Positions 8,935 to 17,123 are shown, numbered from the stretch's first letter. The stretch: 36,063 nt of DNA from a virus (IMGVR_UViG_3300035135_000885:1-36063), one strand, 5' to 3'. Numbers and translations: made by a program. The notes: a model not told the origin generated them from the sequence alone.

Positions 8935-9167
8935 CCGGTGATATCGCACAAATGGCTGCCTTTATTGGCGCAGGATTTGCATGTTTGGGTATGGGCCTTG
9001 CTGCTATTGGCGTTGGTAATATCATTGGATCATTCTTGTCGGCCGCGTTGGCTGTCCCAAGTAAATCAGCAGCACAAGTATCAAATATGTTCGTCGGCAT
9101 TGCCTTTGCCGAAGCTCTTGGAATCTTTTCCTTCCTAGTCGCACTGTTGTTGATGTTCGCAGTATGA
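8931..9167 (+). CDS. atpE: F0F1 ATP synthase subunit c homolog with altered polar loop
   Basis: 78 aa with two hydrophobic helices, Gly-rich [10 protein letters not shown], and [26 protein letters not shown] with carrier Glu61. Loop residues 41-43 are AVP rather than RNP/RQP. GAGG SD. Confidence 0.93.
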   Translation: MTGDIAQMAAFIGAGFACLGMGLAAIGVGNIIGSFLSAALAVPSKSAAQVSNMFVGIAFAEALGIFSFLVALLLMFAV

Positions 9168-9382
9168 CAGCTAGCACTACGGTATCCGCTGAGATAGTGG
9201 ACCGAGTTGGTTTCTTCGCTTTTCTTGCAATGTCAGCCTTAATCATAGTTTGTATTGGTTTTGGTTTTTATGCAGTATACGAAGAGTTTAGTAAACCAGA
9301 TTGGAAAGATGCTTGTATAGAACAAGGTGGGATACCAATTCAATACGCAAAAAGTTCTTTTGACTGTAAAATACTCGATTAA
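9164..9382 (+). CDS. Small single-pass membrane protein
   Basis: ATGA overlap with atpE; hydrophobic [23 protein letters not shown] followed by a two-Cys tail. Confidence 0.7.
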   Translation: MTASTTVSAEIVDRVGFFAFLAMSALIIVCIGFGFYAVYEEFSKPDWKDACIEQGGIPIQYAKSSFDCKILD

Positions 9383-9413
9383 AACATCACACCACAGCAC
9401 AAGATAAATAATT

Positions 9414-9440
9414 GAGCGGGATCACGGTTCCGCTCTTTTA
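9414..9440 (+). terminator. Rho-independent terminator
   Basis: GAGCGGGA...TTCCGCTC stem followed by TTTT, just after the four-gene operon. Confidence 0.75.
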
Positions 9441-9458
9441 TTATTTAAAGGATATATT

Positions 9459-10106
9459 ATGTACCTACCAAATTATAATTCATATTTTGTCCATGTACCA
9501 AAATGCGCAGGCACATCAGTTACATTGTTCTTTTTTGAAATGCACGGGATAAAAATCAGAAATCCTCGGCGCATATTTGAACAGTTAGGACGTTCACTAG
9601 GATCTAAGTTTCATTACGGAAATCATGTACCTGGGTTAAGATATGAAACACAACACTTATCTGCATTTCATTGTATTAAACACGGTCTTAAAGAATTTAC
9701 GGAAGCCAAATATACGTTTGCATTTGTTCGTAATCCGTGGCACAGATTTGTTTCTGAAACGATTTGGAAACAAGAAGTATTGTTTCCTGACCACACTATT
9801 GATAAACAACTATTGATGCATCAGAGAGAAGCACGCGGTGGAGTTGATAGAATCATTCCACACAATACACCTATGTGGAAAATGCTATATGACAATGACG
9901 GAAAATTACTTGTTGACGATGTGTTTAAAGTTGAAGATATGAAAAGAGCTGAAAAGAAATTAAGTGAAGTATTTAAAACAAAGGTTGAGTTTGGTCATCA
10001 CAATACAACAGTGAGAGAAGATTATGACTATTATTTAACTCCTAATGTGCGTAGGCAATTGTTACCTGCAATAGAAAAAGACCTGGAGTTGTTCAATTAT
10101 GAATAA
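9459..10106 (+). CDS. Sulfotransferase family 2 protein
   Basis: PAPS-binding motifs FVHVPKCAGTSV (5'-PSB) and FAFVRNPWHRFVS (3'-PB); C-terminal DLELFNY. Confidence 0.85.
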   Translation: MYLPNYNSYFVHVPKCAGTSVTLFFFEMHGIKIRNPRRIFEQLGRSLGSKFHYGNHVPGLRYETQHLSAFHCIKHGLKEFTEAKYTFAFVRNPWHRFVSETIWKQEVLFPDHTIDKQLLMHQREARGGVDRIIPHNTPMWKMLYDNDGKLLVDDVFKVEDMKRAEKKLSEVFKTKVEFGHHNTTVREDYDYYLTPNVRRQLLPAIEKDLELFNYE

Positions 10107-10797
10107 GACATTGTGGATATATTGGGAACAAGGATTTGAAAATGCTCCTGAGATTGTAACGAAATGTGTACGCAGCTGGCAGTATCACAATCGAGATTTT
10201 AAAATCGTATTACTTGATAAAAGAAATCTTGAAAACTATATTGATGTTGAGAGACCAATGCAAGCTATACAAGCATGGTCTGATATTGTACGAATTAACT
10301 TATTAAAAGAATATGGTGGTTTTTGGGTTGATGCAACTGTTGCTTGCAATATGTCAATTGAAGATTGGATACCTAAATATGCTAAAGAAGGTTTTTTTGG
10401 ATTTTATAAACCAAACCCAAGCGTTGAAATTGCAAGTTGGTTTTTGTACGGAGAAAAAGGTAATCGCATTATTGAAACATGGAAAGAAGCCGTAGATGAT
10501 TATTGGAAAAACCCAGACTTTAAAGGTTATTTGTGGTTTCATATGTTGTTTCATAAAAGAGTATTAAAAGATCCTCTTTGTAAAGATATGTGGATCAAAG
10601 TTAAAAAGTGGAACGCAAATCACGAACCGTTTCCAGAAGGACCGCAAAACCCGCATTACTTTACTCCTTATCAACTTGATCGTTGGAAAAGGTGTGATGA
10701 AGAACTTACAGCACCTTGTTACAAATTAGCCCACGGAATATCAAAACACATTATGAACGAACCAAATATTATGAGGATATTTAATGAAAGTAAGTAA
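10099..10797 (+). CDS. Capsular polysaccharide synthesis / GT32-like glycosyltransferase
   Basis: LWIYWEQGFENAPEIVTKCVRSW, WSDIVRINLLKEYGGFWVDAT. Confidence 0.85.
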   Translation: MNKTLWIYWEQGFENAPEIVTKCVRSWQYHNRDFKIVLLDKRNLENYIDVERPMQAIQAWSDIVRINLLKEYGGFWVDATVACNMSIEDWIPKYAKEGFFGFYKPNPSVEIASWFLYGEKGNRIIETWKEAVDDYWKNPDFKGYLWFHMLFHKRVLKDPLCKDMWIKVKKWNANHEPFPEGPQNPHYFTPYQLDRWKRCDEELTAPCYKLAHGISKHIMNEPNIMRIFNESK

Positions 10798-11533
10798 ATA
10801 TTATATCATATATATTGAGAATAAAATCTCAAAAGAATATGTAGGACATACACAAGAGTCTTGCCGAAAACTTGGATTGAAGTATGAATTGTTTAAAGGT
10901 TATATGCCTAACAGTCAAAAAGACTTGTGGAGAAACTTTAAAAATACTGCCGGTATTGAAGTTAAAAACTATAAGCATATGGCTAAAGGTGCGGCAGGTT
11001 GTACCGCAAGTCATGCTCATTTATGGAAAAAGATCTATGATAACCGGGAATGCGCTGTAATACTTGAACATGATGCAATGATGCTTTGGCCGATGACAAT
11101 TGACATACCTGACGGCAAAATCGTTTCTCTTGGTCATAAATATAGAAACTGGGATAAGTATGATTATCAAACAGCAGGCCCTCCTCAAACTCACTATGAT
11201 GTATCTTGCGCTCCTGGTTCTCACGCATACGCAATTACTTGGAAGACCGCGGAAAAGTTGGTTCAAGATATTGAAAAAGAAGGTATAACGGAAGCAATTG
11301 ATAATAGGCACTTTATGCATACAAGAAAAAATTGGACTGAAGTTCCTATTGCTATGACAGATCCTATTGCTGCAATGGGATGGTTGAGAGAGTCAACAAT
11401 ACAAAGTTATTCGGCAACTCATAACCACGTTCCTGAAATGGCCAAGTCTTTTACTGATAATTTTGATAGTCCTCTTCGAGAAAACGTGGTCGTACAGAGG
11501 AGACCAAAAAGTATAAATAATAAGACAGCATAG
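10784..11533 (+). CDS. GT25-like glycosyltransferase
   Basis: GCTASHAHLWKKI, AVILEHDA, GSHAYAIT...AEKL. Confidence 0.8.
   Translation: MKVSKYYIIYIENKISKEYVGHTQESCRKLGLKYELFKGYMPNSQKDLWRNFKNTAGIEVKNYKHMAKGAAGCTASHAHLWKKIYDNRECAVILEHDAMMLWPMTIDIPDGKIVSLGHKYRNWDKYDYQTAGPPQTHYDVSCAPGSHAYAITWKTAEKLVQDIEKEGITEAIDNRHFMHTRKNWTEVPIAMTDPIAAMGWLRESTIQSYSATHNHVPEMAKSFTDNFDSPLRENVVVQRRPKSINNKTA
11512..11519 (+). promoter_or_regulatory. T4-type late promoter
   Basis: Exact TATAAATA 29 nt upstream of ATG 11549. Confidence 0.75.
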
Positions 11534-11548
11534 ATATACGAGGAACCG

Positions 11549-14500
11549 ATGGCTGATATTGAAGATAAAGATCCAGAGAAAGCACGAAAGCAGATTGGTA
11601 AAAAAGGAGAGAAAGACTCCGCTAAATTTATTGATCTTGAACCGACTCTTGACGAAGCAAAAGGAATTCCTGCGGTATTTACTTTTGGTCGTATGAATCC
11701 AATTCATACAGGCCATGAAAAATTAGTACAAAAACTTATGGCAGTTGCATCAGCAGAAAAAGGAATGCCAATGCTGTTCCTTTCTCATTCTCAAGATGGT
11801 CAAAAGAACCCACTACCTTATAACGATAAAATTAAATTCGCAAAGAAAGCATTTGGTAATATTGTTAAGGCGGTTCCTGCAAAAACAATTATGCAAATTA
11901 TGAAAGGTTTGAATAACAAACACAAAAAAGTTGTTCTTGTTGTTGGATCAGATCGAGTAAAAGAATTTGATACTCTTTTAAACAAATATAATGGAAAAGA
12001 ATATAACTTTGAAGATATTAAAGTTGTATCCGCTGGCGGAAGAGATCCTGATGCCGAAGGTGTTGCAGGTATGTCAGCATCAAAGATGCGAGAATACGCG
12101 TCAAATAGAAACATTTCAAAATTTACAAAAGGTTTACCAAAAAAGTTAAAAGATAGCGCACAAGATATCATGGCTGCTATTCGAAAGGGAATGAATATGT
12201 CCGAAGAATTTAATTCAGAAAACGAAGATTATTTAGATGACTTAGAAAGTCTTGATGAAGCATTAACAAGACAGCAGCGTAGAAAAGCTGGACAAAGAAT
12301 GAAGCGTATGAGAGTTAAAATTAAAAGAGGACGCGAAAAAGCAGCAAGACGCAGAGCAAACATTGATACACTTAAAAAACGCGCACGAAAAAAAGCTCGT
12401 TTAATGATTAAGTCAAGATTGGCCGCAGGCAAAAGATATGCTGATATGGAACCTGCAGAAAAAGAACGTATTGACAAAAGACTTGAAAAAATACCAGCTC
12501 AGAGATTGAATAATCTTGCAGTTAAATTGTTGCCATCGGTTAAACGTGCTGAAAGAGACAGATTACAAGCAAGACATAATAAAGAAGATCTTAATGTGTC
12601 AGCTGAAAACTTTTTAATGGAATACAAAACAACATCTTCAAAACCACAAGATCCTGATGTTGCAGATAGACCTGGTTCTCAACCAAAAGGTTATTATAAA
12701 GGTGTTTCTAAAGATAAAAAAGATGCTCGTGCTGCTCACTTTGAACGCGGCGCAAAAATGTCAGATGATAATCCAGCTGCATATAAACCAGCGCCTGGCG
12801 ACAGCGATGTAAAAACAAAAGAGTCAAAGCATACAAAGAAAGCCCGAGCAATGGGATATACTGAAAGCAACGATTGGGTATGTGGTAAATGTTTTTGTGA
12901 ACCTTGTATGTGTGGTACTGAAGATCTTAACGAAATGTGGGGTAAATACGTTACAAAACGTCCACATATGTTAATGGATAAAAACAATAAAGTTAAATTT
13001 GATAAACGCTTTAAGATGTATCAGCGCAAATCTATGGAAGAGTCGCTTAATATGGATATGTCTGAAGTTGAAAATTTAATGGAATCTGCCGAGGCGTATA
13101 TAAAAGAAGATGCTGCAGGTAAATCATTAGCCGATAAGGCAAAGAAATCCGGTATGCCAAAGAGTATCCTACGCCAAGTATATAATCGTGGTGTAGCTGC
13201 ATGGCGTACAGGTCACCGCCCTGGTACAACCCCTGAGCAGTGGGGACACGCAAGGGTAAATTCATTTATTACAAAATCATCAGGTACTTGGGGTAAAGCT
13301 GATAAAGACCTTGCTGATAAAGTTCGTAAAGAAGAAGTAGAGCAAATGGACGAAATTTCAAAAGGTTTGGCTCAAAGGTATTATAGTAAAACACAGGATG
13401 CTAAGCGAAAAGCCATGAATACCATGATTGATACTGAAAAAGCTCGTAAGCCTGAAAAAAAGAAAGCATACGACGATGCGCGCAAAACATTCCACAAGCG
13501 CGCAAAAGGCTCAGACATGGCTGCTAAGCGTTTAGCTTATAAAGGCAAAAACGAAGAAGTAGAGCAAATGGACGAAATTTCAAAAGAATTAGCCCAGCGT
13601 TACTATTCTAAATCTTATGATGCGCAGCGTAAAGCTATGAACACAATGATTGATACTGAAAAAGCGAGAAAGCCTGAAAAGAAAAAAGCATATGATGACG
13701 CTAGAAAAACATTCCACAAGCGTGCAAAAGGCACAGGTATGGTTGCTAAGCGTTTAGCCTATAAAGGTAAAAATGAAGAAGTAGAGTTAGATGAATCTCG
13801 CGCAGAAGCTATGACATATCATAAAAAAATGTCAAGCTATCACGATAATATGCATAAAGAATTAAAAGCTGACGGCTTCGAAAAAGAAGCGCAACAGCAC
13901 GCAAAAGCCAGAAATCTTCATTTTCAAGCTGAAAAACAACATAAAGATTTTCATAAAGATAGCAAAAAAGCTACTAAAAGAGCAAATGATCATACAGATG
14001 CGGCAAATCAGTCAAGTAAAGGCTATGAGAGAGACGGTAAAAAATACGATCACATGAGTTCTAAAAGGTTTCATGAAAGCGTAGAGCATCTAGATGAAGC
14101 CGCAACGCCTCAAATGAAAAAGGCAGCTGCAAGTATCGAAGCATATGCAAAGAAAAGCGGTGGCATTGATAAAGCAGACTTTATGAAAGCAGCAAAGATG
14201 CTATCATCTGGTAACGCGGGTTCAAACTTCATTAAGTTTGTAGACGATCTTGATACAGAACCACGTGAATGGTTAATCACTAATCTTGCTAAGACTATGG
14301 GTAAACAAACAGTTGAAAAAATGTTTAAAGTTAAAATCCGTGAAGAAGTTGAACTTGACGAAATCTCTCCTGCTCTAGCTAAAAAAGTGTTGGATAAAAG
14401 AGACTCACAGGCTAATAGATTAGGAAGTGCTGCCAAACGTGCAGCTGCTTTAAAAAATAGATCGCTAGACAAAGCCAGACAAAGGCGTGATCGTGAAATG

Positions 14501-15313
14501 GGCACGAATGATCGCAAAGACGCAGAAATTAAGAAACATACTGATACTGCTAAACGTGCGGGGTCTGTCGGCAGTAACCTTCATCATGCTGCAAGAAAGG
14601 CTGACAAAAAAGCAGATAAGACTTATGACTATATGAAAAAGCGTGGCATGAAAACTGAGTCTGTTGAAGAGGCAGTACTTGATGAAACAACAATGTCCGC
14701 TGTTAAGAGGCCTGTAAATGTCACAGGACCAGACGGTAAAACTCGTACTGTTATGAAAACAACTAAGCCTAGTCAAACAGATGATCACGGTCAAGATAAG
14801 ATCAAAACAAATGAAGAAAAACGCGGTCGTTCTACAATGAAAAGACTTAGAGATATTCAAAAAGATGCTGAAAACTTTAAGATTAAAAAACGAAAAATAC
14901 GTGAAGATGATGCATCACTTGCTGCGCATGCAGAAAAAGAAATGCGTGACAGAGAAAAAAGAAAAGAAATGGAAGCTATTGGAAAAGAAGTAGATGAAAT
15001 CCTTGATACACCAAAGGCTATGAAATCATATAACGATAAAAACAAAGCCAGCCATGATCGTGCAGCAAACTCGGCTGCAGCTAAAATCCTACGCGGTAAG
15101 GACAAAGATGGAAAAAGAGCAGACCATTCACCTGAATTAAATACAATGAGAAAAAGAACAGTTGGTGCTAAATTATCAAAGAATAACGCAATGAGAAAAA
15201 CATTTAAAGCGTTAAGAAGTGAATCCGTAATAAAGGAAGAAGGCGGCGCTGGTGAGGAAGGTACTGATAAGTTATTAAAGAAGTTTAAAAAAGACACACC
15301 TGGCGAAAAATGA
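11549..15313 (+). CDS. Large multi-module protein: N-terminal HxGH (cytidyltransferase-like) domain, then basic modules separated by protease-like sites
   Basis: FTFGRMNPIHTGHEKL, VVGSDR, SAGGRDPD, MSASKMR; a DUF5824-like segment (QVYNRGVAAWRTGHRPG..QWGHARVNSF); recurring EEVELDE/LDE/MDE/IKE linkers. Confidence 0.8.
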   Translation: MADIEDKDPEKARKQIGKKGEKDSAKFIDLEPTLDEAKGIPAVFTFGRMNPIHTGHEKLVQKLMAVASAEKGMPMLFLSHSQDGQKNPLPYNDKIKFAKKAFGNIVKAVPAKTIMQIMKGLNNKHKKVVLVVGSDRVKEFDTLLNKYNGKEYNFEDIKVVSAGGRDPDAEGVAGMSASKMREYASNRNISKFTKGLPKKLKDSAQDIMAAIRKGMNMSEEFNSENEDYLDDLESLDEALTRQQRRKAGQRMKRMRVKIKRGREKAARRRANIDTLKKRARKKARLMIKSRLAAGKRYADMEPAEKERIDKRLEKIPAQRLNNLAVKLLPSVKRAERDRLQARHNKEDLNVSAENFLMEYKTTSSKPQDPDVADRPGSQPKGYYKGVSKDKKDARAAHFERGAKMSDDNPAAYKPAPGDSDVKTKESKHTKKARAMGYTESNDWVCGKCFCEPCMCGTEDLNEMWGKYVTKRPHMLMDKNNKVKFDKRFKMYQRKSMEESLNMDMSEVENLMESAEAYIKEDAAGKSLADKAKKSGMPKSILRQVYNRGVAAWRTGHRPGTTPEQWGHARVNSFITKSSGTWGKADKDLADKVRKEEVEQMDEISKGLAQRYYSKTQDAKRKAMNTMIDTEKARKPEKKKAYDDARKTFHKRAKGSDMAAKRLAYKGKNEEVEQMDEISKELAQRYYSKSYDAQRKAMNTMIDTEKARKPEKKKAYDDARKTFHKRAKGTGMVAKRLAYKGKNEEVELDESRAEAMTYHKKMSSYHDNMHKELKADGFEKEAQQHAKARNLHFQAEKQHKDFHKDSKKATKRANDHTDAANQSSKGYERDGKKYDHMSSKRFHESVEHLDEAATPQMKKAAASIEAYAKKSGGIDKADFMKAAKMLSSGNAGSNFIKFVDDLDTEPREWLITNLAKTMGKQTVEKMFKVKIREEVELDEISPALAKKVLDKRDSQANRLGSAAKRAAALKNRSLDKARQRRDREMGTNDRKDAEIKKHTDTAKRAGSVGSNLHHAARKADKKADKTYDYMKKRGMKTESVEEAVLDETTMSAVKRPVNVTGPDGKTRTVMKTTKPSQTDDHGQDKIKTNEEKRGRSTMKRLRDIQKDAENFKIKKRKIREDDASLAAHAEKEMRDREKRKEMEAIGKEVDEILDTPKAMKSYNDKNKASHDRAANSAAAKILRGKDKDGKRADHSPELNTMRKRTVGAKLSKNNAMRKTFKALRSESVIKEEGGAGEEGTDKLLKKFKKDTPGEK
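13331..13774 (+). repeat. In-frame tandem duplication, 2 x 222 nt (74 aa)
   Basis: Units start at 13331 and 13553 (GAAGAAGTAGAGCAAATGGACGAAATTTCAAAAG); a third EEVE linker starts at 13775. Confidence 0.95.
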
Positions 15314-15603
15314 TTAACTTCCGTAAATATATAGCGGAAGGTGTTAAACTCAAATTGATCCGCGGTAAGGACATGGATGTTCTTAAGATGTGGGATACAA
15401 AAGAAAAGAGTTGGGTTGAACTTAGAGGTAAACCTGGATTTGAACGTAGATACGATGCAAAGGATCCACTACACAAAGCAATTGCTGCCTTAGGCAAGTC
15501 CGCAAATATATCAGATTTTGTAAACGGTGACGAAGTAAGTATTAACCCTAATCATCCCGACGGTAAGAAAGCGTTGGCAACAATAAAGAAGTTAATGAAA
15601 TGA
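15310..15603 (+). CDS. Putative internal head protein
   Basis: N-terminus MINFRKYIAE (T4 capsid-targeting sequence is MKTYQEFIAE); ATGA coupling. Confidence 0.7.
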   Translation: MINFRKYIAEGVKLKLIRGKDMDVLKMWDTKEKSWVELRGKPGFERRYDAKDPLHKAIAALGKSANISDFVNGDEVSINPNHPDGKKALATIKKLMK

Positions 15604-15827
15604 AAAATTTTAAACAGTTCTTAGAAGCAAAAGACAAAGGCGAATACGATTACGAAGGTAGTATGGCTAAAACTCAGCTTCGTACTATGATTGATGCAGC
15701 TCAAGCTTTACATGATATGCTTAGTGATGATGAGAATATGCCTGAATGGGTACAAAGTAAAATTACAAAGGCAACAGATTATATTGATACTGCCCGTGAT
15801 TATATGAAATCACAGGAGAGCGAATAA
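15600..15827 (+). CDS. Putative internal head protein
   Basis: MKNFKQFLE leader; EGSMAKTQL...PEWVQSKITKATDY module familiar from T4-like phages. Confidence 0.75.
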   Translation: MKNFKQFLEAKDKGEYDYEGSMAKTQLRTMIDAAQALHDMLSDDENMPEWVQSKITKATDYIDTARDYMKSQESE

Positions 15828-16201
15828 TGCAAAGCTTTAGACAATTTGTTGGCGAAGATTGTTGGCAAGGATATAAACAAGTAGGTATGAAAAAGAAAGG
15901 CGACAAAATGGTTCCTAATTGTGTTCCTGACGTTAAAGAACAACATCCAAATTGTGGTACACCAGATTGTTGTGGTGAATGTGAAACCGCAACAAACGAA
16001 GGTTCTGAAACTTGGGAGGCAGGATATAAACGCCGTGTAGTTAAAACTACAAAGCCAGAACATAAAGAAAAAGGACATAATTGGCGTATCAAAGGTAAAG
16101 ATAGACCTGAAATTAGTATAAAATTATATAAAGAAAAACCGTCACAGGCTGAGTTCAATAAACAAATGCGTCGAGTTGCAGGACACGAATTTGGAGGATA
16201 A
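15827..16201 (+). CDS. Putative internal head protein with three small modules
   Basis: MQSFRQFVGE leader; CWQGYKQVGMKKKGDKMVPNCVP, HPNCGTPDCCGEC and a basic C-terminal module, separated by VKE and TNE. Confidence 0.75.
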   Translation: MQSFRQFVGEDCWQGYKQVGMKKKGDKMVPNCVPDVKEQHPNCGTPDCCGECETATNEGSETWEAGYKRRVVKTTKPEHKEKGHNWRIKGKDRPEISIKLYKEKPSQAEFNKQMRRVAGHEFGG

Positions 16202-16202
16202 A

Positions 16203-16469
16203 ATGTTACGTTTTAAACAGTTTACAGAAGCAACTTATCAAGGCAAAAAAGTCACATTAAATAAACCAATGCCTGGTGATGTAGCAAAATCCAAAGTATA
16301 CGTTGATCCTGACGGTGATGGAATAGCAAAGAAAGTTAACTTTGGTGATAAGAATATGACAATTAAAAAACACATTCCAAGTCGCCGTAAATCTTTTAGA
16401 GCAAGACATAATTGTGATAATCCTGGACCAAAAGACAAAGCGCGCTACTGGTCTTGTAAAGCTTGGTAA
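16203..16469 (+). CDS. Basic DUF6321-like protein, putative internal head protein
   Basis: MLRFKQFTE leader, GGAGG SD; KKVNFGD...RRKSFRARHNC...ARYWSCKAW. Confidence 0.75.
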   Translation: MLRFKQFTEATYQGKKVTLNKPMPGDVAKSKVYVDPDGDGIAKKVNFGDKNMTIKKHIPSRRKSFRARHNCDNPGPKDKARYWSCKAW

Positions 16470-16472
16470 ACA

Positions 16473-16480
16473 TATAAATA
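16473..16480 (+). promoter_or_regulatory. T4-type late promoter
   Basis: Exact TATAAATA between the 16469 stop and ATG 16504. Confidence 0.75.
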
Positions 16481-16503
16481 AAAATAAAACAAGGTATAGA
16501 ACA

Positions 16504-16863
16504 ATGCATAGCTTTAAATCCTACATTATTATTGAAAAGGTTGAGCAGCATCTCATTGAAAATAATCTTAAAGTCAATGATGTATCAGATGAGCAGCTTG
16601 ATGAAATTATTGGTATGGCGGCAAAGGCTGTAGGCGGAGTTGCTAAATTGGCAGCAAAAGGTGTACGTCGTACATTGCAGAATAAACAAGGCAATTTTAG
16701 ATTGTCAAGAGCAGGACGTAACGATGCCCGCCAAGCAAAAGCAGATGCATATAAAAAGAAGACAGCGGAACTTGAAAGACAAAGAAAAACTCAGTCTGAT
16801 TTGAGCAAAGCACGTCAAGACTATAGAGATGCTAAAAAAGCCCACAATCAATCAAACCCATAA
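16504..16863 (+). CDS. Putative internal head protein, basic
   Basis: MHSFKSYIIIE leader, EQLDE site followed by a Lys/Arg/Ala-rich helix; start placed downstream of the late promoter. Confidence 0.7.
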   Translation: MHSFKSYIIIEKVEQHLIENNLKVNDVSDEQLDEIIGMAAKAVGGVAKLAAKGVRRTLQNKQGNFRLSRAGRNDARQAKADAYKKKTAELERQRKTQSDLSKARQDYRDAKKAHNQSNP

Positions 16864-16876
16864 TGAGGAATTAAAA

Positions 16877-17098
16877 ATGGAAGATAAAGTAAAAAATGCA
16901 ATTGTTGCGGCGTTATCAGAAAAGAAAATGGATCCTGTAGACAAAAATGCTCTAAAAGGTTCACATGCCGATCGTAAAGATCAAGATATTGATAACGACG
17001 GAGATGTAGATGATTCAGATAAGTACCTGCACAAACGCCGTAAAGCTGTTGCAGCTGCTATGAAAGAGCAACTAGAAGCTCGCGAAAAAGATTCATAA
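16877..17098 (+). CDS. Small protein with EF-hand-like DxDxDG loop
   Basis: GAGGA SD; DIDNDGDVDDSDKYLHKRRKAV motif flanked by LSE and MKE. Confidence 0.75.
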   Translation: MEDKVKNAIVAALSEKKMDPVDKNALKGSHADRKDQDIDNDGDVDDSDKYLHKRRKAVAAAMKEQLEAREKDS

Positions 17099-17123
17099 AA
17101 CCCAAATAAGGAGATAACAAAAA

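Noticed and set aside
8519-9382. Host chromosomal contamination or prophage boundary suggested by atpE, hemA and ybaN
   Set aside because: These genes are isolated from their normal operons, coupled to phage-style small ORFs and flanked by T4-like core genes.
9403-9440. Late promoter bypassing the terminator as a regulatory switch
   Set aside because: GATAAATA is a mismatched motif, and the predicted start would remove only a few stem bases. Too weak without TSS data.
13331-13774. 222-nt duplication as a CRISPR array or a DGR template/variable repeat pair
   Set aside because: It is an in-frame coding tandem with mostly synonymous differences that are not adenine-specific. There are no spacers and no reverse transcriptase in the window.
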